32,000 bases of DNA from Wallemia ichthyophaga EXF-994 (taxonomy: Eukaryota; Fungi; Basidiomycota), in the NCBI RefSeq assembly GCF_000400465.1, contig NW_008806285.1:270001-302000 (forward strand), in the 5' to 3' direction. Shown here piece by piece: positions 9,910 through 21,444 of this stretch; positions within the stretch are counted from its first letter, which is position 1, and every line of letters begins with the position of its first letter. The notes under the pieces were generated by a model. It worked only from the letters and a program-made list of their open reading frames with translations, was not told the origin of the DNA and did no database searches. Both the position numbers and the translations under genes were made by a program.

Positions 9910-12338
9910 TTAGCGTGTTGATTGATGCAAATGCGTGTGCGTCTGTAACGTGTTTAAGGTGTTTAAGGTGTTTGCGTTGTTCGAGTTGCTTGAGTTGCCT
10001 GAGTTGCCTGAGTTGCTTGAGTGGTTTGAGTTGCCTGTATTGCCTGTACTCCCCCCACCCGCCATATTCGATCGAACACCCAGTGGGTTCTTGGAATACG
10101 ACAGTCTGATTCCACCTCTAATTAATCCGTTGAGTGTATTCCCGTAGAGCTCGTGGAGTGTCTTAGTAGCCACATGTACATCTTCGAACTGTATTTGTGT
10201 TAGCGTAATTCTCACCCTTACGACACCCAACTCACCTCCACGAAACACATTGGTCCGTTCGCTTTCTGTCTAAATGACAACCTCTTAAATCCGCCCTGCT
10301 TACTAAATAATGCTCGCAGAGCATCCTCCAATAGACTAACCGGCTGTGATGGCGGTGGTGTGGTTAAATTTCCAACGTACAATGTCGAACAGGGTGGATT
10401 TTGATCTGCGGGATTCGTCGGTTTCAGTGGTGCTAAACTTGGTGCTGTATTCGATGTTTGACTTTGTGTTGATGTCGGTGTCAGTGTGTGTGTGTGTGTA
10501 TTTGTATGTGCATTCGTCTGTGTGTTTTTCTGTGCGTTCGCTTGTGCGCTTGTCTGTACACCCGTCTGTGCACCTGTTTGCGCTAATTGACTATGCAATG
10601 TGTGTATACTACTCGTTTGCAGACTGCCTGCTTGCAAACTACTCGATTGGGCTGGAGGTGGGGATGTTTTCGTAACCTGTACGTCATTCAATGCCAGGCC
10701 AATATGACTGGTAGTGGTGTTGCTGCTGGTCAAGTCTTGCGCGCTGTGTGATACATGTCCTCCACCCAGGTTGTGTCCTAAAGCCAATGCACTCAACCGC
10801 CTGCCCAGACTCTGACTAGCTAAGGCTGAGTTGGAATTGGGGTCGAGTGTTCTAGGCGATAGTGGCCTCATATGGCTCCCATTCCCATTTCCATTCCCAC
10901 TCACACTCCCATTTCCACTCACATTCCCACTCACACTGACACCACCTGTAACACCCCCATTGGTGTACATCGGTGGAGAGTACGCATCCAGACTGTTGAG
11001 AGGTGATAGTGTACTCGAATTTGACTTTTCGTGGTTACGAGATTGTCGCAGTTGTCCACTTTGCCCCGTTTGGCCTGACGGCGATAACGTATATTTGTTA
11101 CTTTGGAACGGGTCAAACCCACCCGATGGCGGTGTGGGTTCAGTATCAAATGGCCTAAACAATGTTTCTTGATTAGGTGAACAGATTGAACCAGTCGTAG
11201 GTGAGCTCGTTGCGTTGTGAAATGCCTCAAAAACAGCGGACGATCTAGGACCATCCCATGCAGAGTTGGATGGTCCAAATAGACTTGAATTGGAGGTCTG
11301 AGAGTTGAGTGAGGTTGATGTAGGTGGGTTAACTCGAGTGCCTTCTCTGAAACCATCTCTCGCACCAACACCAACACCTACACCTAATCCCACTCCTGCT
11401 CCCACTCCCAGTCCCACACCCTCCTGTGTCGAATGTGTGGCTTGCATATAGTTCTCCTCCTTCTTGGAACGCGTGTGCAGATTCTTCTTGGCCATCTCAG
11501 CCTTCAAAACACATCCACGCTCACTATCGATTTTGCGACCCGATAGGATATCCTTAGCTTCAAGAGCAGCGGGCTTACTCCTAAATTTTGCAAAACCTAT
11601 AGTCTGTTTTCTGGCCGAGAGCTGCTGAGCAGCGGTGACATTCATATTCAGATTCATGTTCATGTTGGCGTGCATGTGCATGTTGTTCGTATGCAGGTTG
11701 GCGGACTCGTCGACGGCGCTGCCGGGGGCGTTTTCACGCTCGGACATGATACTCGTGGAGGGGATGTGAGCGAGTGAGTAAGGGTCTTTGTGTGGCGGAG
11801 GGACAACATCTTTCGCAGGTATTTTGAGCGTCGCTGCTTCGAACTCTGCACTGAAAATGAACATGTTCTGGAACTCCCTGTCAGTCATATCGTCAGGGAA
11901 ACCGACGACGAAGATAGTGCTGATGTCGTCAGCGTTGGTGCTATGGCTGTGGATTTGAGACTGGGAGTGGTTGAAGCTGTTAGTACGATGCGCATTGAGT
12001 GGGAGTGGTGGAGGAGGCATGAATAGGGGATTAAAAGAGGATTGAGTATCATGTGCGTCTGATTCGGGGGATGATTTCAAGTCGACTGTGGGTGTACTGC
12101 CGTTGCCGTTGCCGCTGCTGCTGCCGCTGAAATCACCGCGCTGAGACGGATTAAAAGGCTCAACAGAAGCAGATAAATGAGATTTGGTAGGACTAGATTT
12201 ACTATTTGGATTGCTGACTGAATTTAAAAGAGAATTGTATCCGAAGAAAGGCTCATTCGATTTAGGCGATGAAGGTAGTGATAGTGTCTCCATATTATTT
12301 GGTATTGCCAGTATATCTTCATCCTCGATTTCTGTCAT
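9910..12338 (-). CDS. WHI3: Whi3/Scw1-like RNA-binding protein with two RRMs and long low-complexity regions
   Basis: RRM1: [20 protein letters not shown]...QTIGFAKF...[15 protein letters not shown]2: [16 protein letters not shown]...[19 protein letters not shown]|FED...[15 protein letters not shown]. Intron 10189..10235. Start taken as MTEIEDED (12338). Confidence 0.85.
9945..10055. repeat. Imperfect 9-nt tandem repeats (GTGTTTAAG; GAGTTGCYT) in the Whi3-like C-terminal exon
   Basis: Visible periodicity encoding NTLNTLNTL and GNSGNSSNS. Confidence 0.8.
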
Positions 12339-12766
12339 GGCGCCTGCTGCCGATTTCTCCTGCCGATTTCCTTTATTCTTGGTTGTGGGTGATTGGGAGA
12401 AACCCGCGTCTCGACAAGAGCACACGTGTTTTTTTTAAAATTATTGCGCGGTGACTGATTTTGGTGTATTTTATACTATTTACACGCGTTGCCCATACTG
12501 ATATGCATCTCCATGTGATTATAATATGCTTTGCAGCTTTGGGCTTACGTGGCAGCTGAGCTGCGCTGTGTTGATAACGGCGGCGTGGATGGTGGATTTG
12601 TGTAACTGGTGCAACTGCCGTGAGTACCTCGAGTGCTTTAGCTCGTCATGGTCCATGTCATAGCATATGTCATTGCCTTCTCCCAATACTCAGCGTGCAT
12701 GAACGCGGATTTATTAAGTAAGCGTGGCAGATATGATATTCATGTATTTTAAAACGACATTTTGAT

Positions 12767-13848
12767 TTAAATATCCAGTTCTGAATCATCACTATCCTCC
12801 TGTGCATTCTGCCCCTGTCTGATATGGTTTGGCTTGCTATCATAATCGCCGTCGTGATCCTGTTCCTCCTTCTTTGCAAAGTCGTGTGCATTTGTGTTTA
12901 CTGGCTTCAACTTGACTGCATCCAGCGCGAGGAGGAGGTTCTCCACATCTAAATAATTCCTTGGTCAGCCTCACCCCACACGCACCACACAAACCCACCT
13001 TTCTTGGTCGTCTGCTTCCCGTGCAACCCAATAGCAGCATCATTGGCACCCACTATCTGCTTCATAAGCGTCCCGCGTCTGTAAAATAGCAGTGTAGGGC
13101 AATTACGCTCTGGATAGCCTGCTATACACTGACTGCCAACGATGGAGACGAATTTCGTATGCGGGTATTCAGTGGCAAGCGAGTGGAGGTGCTGTCCAAT
13201 GATTCTACTCTCTTCGATGCTGAATTTGTACCGTTGTTAGGCGTAACTTACTCCCAATCAAACCAACTCACGCTTCTGAGTAGAGGAAACATATTACACT
13301 TGTTCCACCACGCTTGAGATTCTCTATACTATCATCATGAGGGTTGAATTGAGGGTCTGTGTGTTCCTTGCTCGCGTCTGTCACCTCGCGTGTGTAGTCT
13401 GGTCTCGCAATTGGATACATTCTGCCAAATTTAGCAGTGCTTTCGAGCTTCTGCATCTCCTCTATCCTTTTTTTGCGGTAGGAAAGAAGGACACGCTCAT
13501 CGTCGCTGTCATCAGCCTCCTCCGCCGCCTCAGCGAGAGTGTCCTCTGTAGCAAGTGAGAGACCAGCGTTTCTGATCTGGGAGTAGTCAATGTCCAGACC
13601 CTCTGGAGTGGATGGTCTCGAAGGTGGTTTCTGTGGTATAATTCCCTGTGCTCGCAGTGCATCGTTGCTAATAACGATATTGCTATTAGAGAAGACACTC
13701 GATTCAAATGTCAGGCGTACAATTCAGTGTCATCCGAGTAGCGTAATGCGCCTGTCGTTGGTATGTGTGGTTGATTCTCTCCTAGAAATGTTTTCTCGTC
13801 GCCGCCGCCGCCGTTGCCGCCTTGGGCCATATCGAATGGGTTGAACAT
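12767..13848 (-). CDS. PLP2: Phosducin-like protein 2 (PhLP2/VIAF), CCT co-chaperone
   Basis: Spliced DDTEF|NDALRAQGIIPQKPPSR...DERVLLSYRKKRIEE...KFGRMYPIARPDYTREVTDAS...YPHTKFVSIVGSQCIAGYPERNCPTLLFYRRG...DSDDSELDI*. Three introns. The start is uncertain (13848 or 13830). Confidence 0.9.
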
Positions 13849-13897
13849 TGGTGTTGGTCGTTGGTGTAGAAGAAATGCTTCTGTGTTCAACACCACC

Positions 13898-15500
13898 ATG
13901 TCATTCGTATACGCGCTTATATTCCAAATCTACACGCTCAACGCTATTCTCTCGTCGTACAGAGCACTCAAGAAGAACAGCGAGCGTGATAAGCGTGTCC
14001 AGCTGAGTGAGCGCCGTCGACAAATATCCTCGTGGCTCCAAATATGGATATGCTGGGTGAGTGGGCTACTTTCTTATAACTGATCCACTTCCCGCTTAAC
14101 ATACTCCGCCTCAGTTCATCTGGCTCAAACTGGGCAACCTCGTCGACTACTTGCTCAGCTGGATCTGGTTCTATTGGCAGATAAAGACTTTCATTCTCCT
14201 CACTTTTATTCTCACTAGCAGACAATCTGCCAGCGCGCTTTTCATCGACGCGCTCAAACCAACGCTGATGCCCTACGAGTATTATGCGGATGGTTTTTTC
14301 GCGCTGCTTGAGGACACGCACGCGATTGGGATGTGGGTGCTGACTGATATCATATACCGTGGCGTTAGGGATAACTTAGCTGACGTGGGTGTTCTGAGAC
14401 ACTACCTGAATCTCGCACCGGCGACAACAACAGCACCAGAAGCAGAAGCAGGAGCACACCATCCACCCAATCCCAAGAAGAAGGTCGTGCGCAGGCCAAC
14501 AGGACCTATTATCCGCCAGCGCAAGAACATGATAGCCAATTCCCAAAAATCACAGAACACACAAAGCAAAACAGGGCGTCCGAGTGTCGTGCTTAGACGG
14601 CCGCAGTCTGCGAAAACACCTGAACTCACACCTGCACCCGCGCACAGCGGCAAAGAAGAGGACGCAGCGCTCATCAACACCAAACCTACTTTCATGAGTA
14701 CTCCCAAGGCCAAAGCGTTACATGCGAGTGGAGATAATGTTCTTCACGCACCTCACGCACCCGACACACTCCACTCTCCTTACATACCAGGCAGGCTTCC
14801 TCACACTCCGCCATTTGTGCGGCTGACGAGGTCGCAGACGCGTGGAAATGCAAATGCAGCAACAGCACCAGCACTAACAGCTACAAGCGGTGATAAGGGT
14901 GGTGATTCTATAAGCAGTAGTAGTAGTAGTAGTAGTAGTAGTGGCAGCGAGGAGGACACACCGCCAGCACCTCCTCACACCCATAGCATAGCCAACATGG
15001 ATAGGAAGCGCAACGCTTCCAGTGCCTCTCTTAAGAGTGCGAGCAGTGCAAACAGTGCGAACAGCGCCAAGAGCGCGCAGAGCAACGAGCAGCCGTCATA
15101 CACAGTCCTTCGACGCGCTGACCCGAGTTCGAAGACAAGTGGGAGTGGGAGTGGGAGTGACGGCCAGAACAGCGGCAGTGACAGTGACAGCTCGAATGAC
15201 AATGACAGCGACAGCTCCACAGAAAACACAAAGATGCTCGATCAAAACGAATTAGCCACAACGCACACCCGCACCTACTCTTCAACCGCCGAGAACAAAA
15301 AACTTACATCCTCAAATATACCACGCAAGAAACGCATTGTAACTTTGCGCAAACAAGTAAATACAAACGCCAAACCAAACACGAACACAAACACGGACGC
15401 ACAAACACAACCACACCCTCCACGCAGACAGGCAGCTACACGGGGTAGAGGACTGAGACGACCTCCTATACGCGGCAGAGGGCGCGGACGAGCCACTTGA
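13898..15500 (+). CDS. TB2/DP1/HVA22 (REEP-family) membrane-shaping protein with a long disordered C-tail
   Basis: Exon 13898..14056, intron 14057..14114, then the long ORF. LSSYRALKK...WLQIWICW|FIW...LSWIWFYWQIKTFILL...ASALFIDALKP resembles the HVA22/REEP hairpin domain. About 370 aa of S/T/N/K-rich tail follow. Confidence 0.72.
14915..14943. repeat. (AGT)n microsatellite encoding poly-Ser in the REEP-like tail
   Basis: AGCAGTAGTAGTAGTAGTAGTAGTAGTAGT gives SSSSSSSSSS. Confidence 0.9.
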
Positions 15501-15528
15501 TGGGTTAAAATGCAACATATACACTAAA

Positions 15529-16901
15529 CTAAAACAGCAAGCTAGACGCGTACTCAATGTTGCCATTCGTCGATCTGAGAGCTTGAATAGCTTCTTCTCT
15601 GCCCACACCTAACTCCATCAACTTTGCTATTTTCTCTTCACTTATACCGTTGTTACTCCTATTTGAATCTGTATTTGTAGATGCTGCAGGATGAGATTGA
15701 GAAGCCGTGCTGCTTCCACCTAGAGTAGCGCCTGAGCCTGGGAACTTATCACCAGAGTGTGGTGGTATCGATGGCTGTTGAGCAATACCGCCTCCCTCTG
15801 CCGATTCCAACTGAGCTGGATCTTGATGGTTGTTCTTTGGTATCTCATGTTCCTAAGAGGTTGGGTTAGCGTGGGTGCGCTGTAGTGAAAGCTACACCTA
15901 CTGCCAAGAAAGGAATAACTATGTCTTGAATAATCATAGCGTTTTGCCGCAAGTCAATTACAGCTTGATGACGCTTGAGCATATCTAAACCGAACAATAG
16001 ATCAACGCCACTGCCTTCACTGAGAGGAAGAGTGAGTTTATATGTCTTACCAACCACACAATACGTACGTCACAGTGAATGAACACTGTAGGAGTATATC
16101 ACCAATCTGCATAGGTGCAGCGTGAATTCTTCCCAAGATCTTCGCAGTTCCTACACCTCGTGCAATACCTTGAAAGCGTGTATCAAGAAGACGCATGAGG
16201 TTGCAATCTTCAGCGCACTTTGGACTCATAATTGTATTTTGAGCGCCTGAATCGACGAAAGCTTTAACGTGGTGTTTGTTAACCTGTGTATCGATATAAA
16301 GCATCTCAACCATCCCGAATGTTTCTGGATTGTATTCGATTGCACGTTCAAACGACTCAGCTACGGCTTGTTGACGTATTTCTTCTTCGATCCGCTTCTG
16401 CGAGTCGATATCGAATGGATCTGAATTGAGCATTTCAGCCTGTTGGGTTTCAGCAACGTGTTTATTACGAACAGCTTGCTGCATCAGTTCGTAGAATTTC
16501 GGTGGATTCTTCTCTGCTGCTTCTGCTAGTTCTGGCTGTACCTGCTTCATCTGCTCGAGCAAATCTCGATTTCCTAGCAATTGTAGTCTCATCATCTCGC
16601 CGTCGTGTGCAACTTCTTTGCCCGCCACTTGAACCTTCCTTCTCAATCCGAGCATAGCATCTGCTGTGATGCCCTCGTCTTTGAGCTTGCGCGTGGGTTC
16701 TAAACTCAACTCGCTGTCGACATGTGTTATAATCTGCTCAGATGGTGGTATTTCTGACTCTGCCTCAAGCAGTGCTTGTAGATTATCCATTTCCATATCC
16801 GCACTGACTTCGAGCGTGTAAGTCTGCTAAGCTTGTGAGATTTGTATATGTGTGTGGCTGTATCCCACCTGTCCACTGTCCGTGACAAATGTCAAGAACA
16901 T
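15529..16901 (-). CDS. DDI1: DNA damage-inducible protein Ddi1 (UBL, retroviral-like aspartic protease, UBA)
   Basis: N-terminal [14 protein letters not shown]|TYTLEVS..., [12 protein letters not shown], protease motif [37 protein letters not shown], and C-terminal [37 protein letters not shown]. Three introns. Confidence 0.96.
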
Positions 16902-16995
16902 GGTGGTATATGATAAACAAGTTTAGATTATATTGATTGCCATACATTGATTGCGTTACATTGCTACACTTAATAAATATACTCGTTAGTTCCTT

Positions 16996-18470
16996 CTATT
17001 CCCCTCCGTCGCTCTCCTCGCTCTCCGCGTACACCACATCATCATTCTCGCTCTTCCCCTCAATCTCCCTTCGGAATGTCGACTTGACTCTCTCCATCAG
17101 CTTCTCAAACGGCAGCGACGTTGCCAGCTCTTTATCCATCCCGCAACTCCTGTACGTGATGTAACGCCACTGGTCTCTGAGCGTCTTGACAGACCACTCC
17201 CCCTTATACGTATCCATGCCCAGCGACTTGAAATTGATCACCCCACGCTCCTTGATATTCATGTCAAGTACGTGTTTAATCAGTATACCACAATCAGACC
17301 GCCTGAAATCTGATCCTGACCGGCGATTCGGAAGGTCACGTCCGCGTAGCTCATCTTCCCATTTGATACGACACTGGTGTGCTGAACGCTTTCTGCCCAT
17401 CTTCTCCTGTACAGTGACCCAGAAAGGATCGTGTCCATCTCTAGTCACGTGGTTTCGCTCATTCATCATTGGTATTACGATTGAGAGGTACTCATTCTTT
17501 TCATCCTCCGACCACAGTCCTTTGCGTCTTTCTGGACAAACAAACATTCGGCGGTAATGATCAGAGCACTCGTTAGCTGGACGCTCGACGATGTGCGATA
17601 TTTTTGTCCAAGAAGTTCCAAGTTGGGCATGTGCACTGCGTGAGAGTTAGTTTTTTTTTTTTTTGCATGTTTGCAGTCGTTCAAATGTTTCACTCACTCT
17701 AACAACCTATCGTCCTCGTCTTTCGTCCAGATTCCTTTGTTTGCATAAGGATGCCATCGAGCTCGAACATGCGTGTACACACTTGCTAGCACTCTATGTG
17801 GGACACATTCGGTAAGGTCACACCAGAAGTTGTCTCTGTTTTTCTCCTTCTTTGAAGCAAATATCCTCTCTCGGAGTTGATCATCGTCCAGGTTGTTGGT
17901 AATTTTGTACTTGCTTATCCAGTCATAGACGATTCTCCTCTCTTCTTCGTCGAATGTACCTTGTTTGATTTTCGTGAAATTATCATTGATTATCTTTATT
18001 TGAGGTGGGTATAGCCATCTAGTGTAGCGGTGTTCAGGAAGAACAGGCTCTGTCTCCCAGCCTTTATGAATTTTTCTGCCTTTTTTATGTAATTCTTCTG
18101 ATTGAGGTACAATTGTTGAAGGTGCATCGTGTGGTAGCACTGGATCTGTGACGCTGTTGCTGCTGTTGACGTCATTTCCGCGTGTCTTTTTATCCTTACT
18201 CGTGCTATCTATGCCATTTGTGCCATCGAAGGTTTGCTTTTTCTTTGACTTGTTGCGGTCAGATTCCTTGTACTCCTTGAGGGGAGCTAGAGAGGCTTCC
18301 GAATTAGGCTCCATTTTTACTCTCTTTCTTTCAGCGACGTCTGTATCTGCCTTCTCGGACCTACTCGAGAGATGGCCACGGCTGCTACGACGCTTACGAT
18401 TAACTTTCCTGATAGAATCCTTCACAACTAAATCTAAAGAATCCGCGATAACTTGACTTAGTGAGATCAT
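16996..18470 (-). CDS. Myb/SANT DNA-binding protein, Reb1/Nsi1/TTF-I-like
   Basis: KQGTFDEEE, FWCDLTECVPHRVLASVYTHVRARWHP, KGIWTKDEDDRLL|DAHAQLGTSWTKI, KGLWSEDE and HDPFWVTVQEKMGRKRSAHQCRIKW. Intron 17636..17697. Confidence 0.85.
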
Positions 18471-18535
18471 ATTTATTTGCCGTATTTGGAGATATCCCAC
18501 TCGTGACGGTGTACCACCAAGAGAAAGGCAGAGGA

Positions 18536-20462
18536 ATGGACACGCCTGGTTCGCCAACGCCCTCAAACACATCTCTATCGTCGATCAACGATGAAAACGA
18601 TATTAACTTTGAGACTGAAATACTCCAATCTCTCGCACTCGGTGAGTTGGCGGGTGCGCAAATGACCCCTAAAGGTGGCGCAAGGAATTCAATTTCATTA
18701 TCTATGGCATCAGCTCCAGCCACTGAACCACTGGAGAATCCAAATGGTCCAATCAGCAAACTCCCACTCGAGATACTCATACACATCTTACGTCTGCTCA
18801 ACAACCCAACGCACCTCCTCAACAATTTACTCGTTTGTAGGACTTGGTGTGCCTGTGGAATCGAGATTCTCTGGCATCGCCCTTCCTTCCCTGCCGCGAC
18901 TCCTTATGTCAAGTTCGCGCACATAATCGGTGGGCTGTATTCCAACGCGCCTACTTTTCAATACTCAAACTACGTCAAGCGTCTCAATTTTTCTAATATT
19001 CACAATTGGATTACTGATCCTTACTTCCTCCCTGTGGCAAAGTGTCTCCGTCTCGAACGGCTGACGTTGACCGGTTGCAAGAGTCTTAGTGATAGTAGCC
19101 TGGAATTCGTTCTCGAGAACTGCAAAAACATACTGGCTTTGGATTTATCTGGTATAAACAAAATGTCAGACAAGACACTCAAGGTTATTGCCAATAACTG
19201 CAAGAAGCTTCAAGGAATGAATTTGACAGACTGCGAGAGTATTTCTGACGAAGGCGTTGTTGAGCTTGCTAGAGGTTGTCAGCATATGAGAAGGGTGCGT
19301 GTCTTGATTTCCTCCCTTGCCATCGTTGACTTAGATATTTTAGTTGAAATTGTGCAATCTGAGGCAGATATCTGATATCACCGTTATAGCTATAGCTGAG
19401 AATTGTCCAGATTTGCTAGAGGTAGACTTCACAAAGTGCTCCATCTCATCCTCCTCTGTCAGTTTATTTTGGAAGAATGGCATTGGGGCACGTGAATTCA
19501 GATTAGGACAGTGTGCCTTTATAGATGACTCAGCATTCCCTTCACCCTCTACAACATCAAACATTCCTCATCACTACACACTAATCACCCAGCCACAAGT
19601 AAAACACTTTGAAGTCCTCCGTCATCTCGATCTAACGAGCTGCACATCGATAACCGACGAAGCGATAAAAGGAATCATAGCGCATGCGCCCAAAGTGCGA
19701 AATTTAGTTCTAGCGAAATGTTCCAATCTCACCGACGTTGCGATCAAAAACATATCAAAATTAGGAAAAGCTCTTCATTCATTACACCTTGGACACGTAA
19801 CGGCGATTACCGACGAGAGTATTATAGTACTTGCTAGGATGTGCACGCGTATCAGATATATAGATCTGGCATGCTGTCCCAACTTGACGGACAATTCTAT
19901 CACAGAACTGGCCAGAAACATGCCGAAATTGAAGCGTATTGGATTGGTGAGAGTGACAAATCTAACGGACATTTCCATTATAGCGCTCTGCGATCACTAT
20001 ACGCAGCTCGAGAGGATACATTTATCTTATTGCGAGAAGATCACAGTAGATGCCGTACACCATCTCGTAGCCAGGCTCCAAAAGCTGACGCATCTCTCGC
20101 TCAGCGGTATACCAGATTTTAGGAGGCCTGAGTTGCAGAGGTTCTGTCGAGCGCCACCAAAGGAATTCAGCGAGCACCAACGTCAAGTATTCTGTGTATT
20201 CAGCGGTAAAGGGATACACGACTTAAGAGCATACATGCAGGAGGAGTACATGAGAGCTCGAAGAAGCCTGTTTGAGGACATACCACCATTCCAGAATGCG
20301 AGCGAGGGCGGAAGCGAGGCGAGCTCAAGCCCGGCAAGAACAAGACCTAACAGAATGTTAGAGGCTCTGGGTCTGAGCAGCTCAGATACGCAGCAGCTTG
20401 GCCTATCCAACGCTGAACTACGCCAGTTGGCGCTGTCTAACTTTGAGCAGCACAATCGGTAG
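18536..20462 (+). CDS. GRR1: SCF F-box/LRR substrate adaptor Grr1
   Basis: F-box PISKLPLEILIHI...LLVCRTWCACGIEILWHRP, then YVKRLNF, CLRLERLTLTGC, multiple LRRs, CTRIRYIDLACC, LKRIGLVRV, LERIHLSYC, LTHLSLSG, and FCRAPPKEFSEHQRQVFCVFSG. Intron 19295..19343. Confidence 0.93.
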
Positions 20463-20628
20463 CATAATAATACAACATATAGCATAGCATATTCACTTTA
20501 TTTTAGAGCAAACTTTTTTTAGTAATTGTTATTTAAATTACTCTTTTTGCATTGATTGAGACATATTTACTTGGGATAGATAGCCACATGAATAGAAAAG
20601 GAATCATGAATTTGAGTGAATAAAGTCA

Positions 20629-21360
20629 TTACATGTATTGCGAGATCCATCTGAAGCCTTCACCGTAGCCTTGACGCATAACGACGGAGCACATGAAGAC
20701 TTCAATAGGACGAATGTCTTTAAGGGGTACCTTGCCCTTGCCGGTAGTTTGCCAGAGACCGAGAGACTGACGGAGTTCTTCTTCAGAGACAGCGCCAGGA
20801 GCGTCAATCTTGTTACCGAGAACGAGGAAAGGAACCCTAGAGAGTTCCTCGATGGAGAGCAGAGCGTCGAGCTCTATTCTAGTCTCGTTCATTCTCTCCA
20901 CGTCTTGACTGTCGACTAGGAAGACAACGCCGTCAACTTCAGGGAAGTAGTCCTTCCACAGTCTTCTCGCTTGTTGGTGACCGCCTAGATCGTAAGTGGT
21001 GAATTTAACAGCGCCAATAGCGAGTTCTTCCGAGGTTGGGTGCAAAGTCGGCTGGAGTGTTGCCAGTCTGTCGTTCTTAAGCATGTGGAGGAGTGTCTGT
21101 GAATTGGTGTGTTGGTTAGCAGATAGCTGGGGAGCGGCGGGGATCGACCCACAGTCTTTCCTGCATTATCCAAACCAAGGAACAAGATCTTGGCATTCTT
21201 GCTGGCGAGTCCTGAGCGGCGGCGGTGTGAGCTGTTTGTGTCGTGTGTTGTGATTGTGATTAACACACCTAAAGAAGCGAGTACGTCCCAGAACCAATCT
21301 AAAATCCACCTAATGTGTATCAATGTGCTGCTCTCTCGATGTGCTTCTTTCTCCCCACAT
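20629..21360 (-). CDS. SAR1: Small COPII GTPase Sar1
   Basis: [14 protein letters not shown]|[20 protein letters not shown]|[11 protein letters not shown]...[16 protein letters not shown]...NKID...[23 protein letters not shown]. Three introns; the first (21310..21358) splits the ATG. Confidence 0.97.
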
Positions 21361-21444
21361 TTTTAAATTTCGTCGTCGTCGTCGAGTGCCAAACGTACTC
21401 GAGTGCAGACTTAGATTACAGCGTCAACGAAAGTTGAAAAATAA

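Noticed and set aside
1-12338. Clustering of RNA-related genes (SSD1, RPL36, BFR1, RPF1, U2, WHI3) as a functional cluster
   Set aside because: These are common housekeeping classes in a gene-dense genome, and no shared regulatory element was seen. It would need conserved synteny to be credible.
12400-12490. ACGCGT/CGCG (MCB-like) and CACGTG motifs upstream of WHI3
   Set aside because: Short motifs are expected by chance and there is no comparative support in the window.
12526-12663. 45-codon Cys/Trp-rich plus-strand ORF with an internal GTGAGT donor-like site
   Set aside because: No recognisable homology and no good branch site. The region is adequately explained as WHI3 promoter plus PLP2 terminator. 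It would need RNA or Ribo-seq support.
16240-16275. Retroviral-type aspartic protease motif DSGAQ suggesting a retrotransposon
   Set aside because: It is the RVP domain of cellular Ddi1, flanked by UBL and UBA. No RT, integrase or LTRs are present.
17651-17664. T14 homopolymer, possible frameshift or sequencing error in the Myb gene
   Set aside because: It lies inside intron 17636..17697, next to the CTAAC branch site. The spliced frame is intact.
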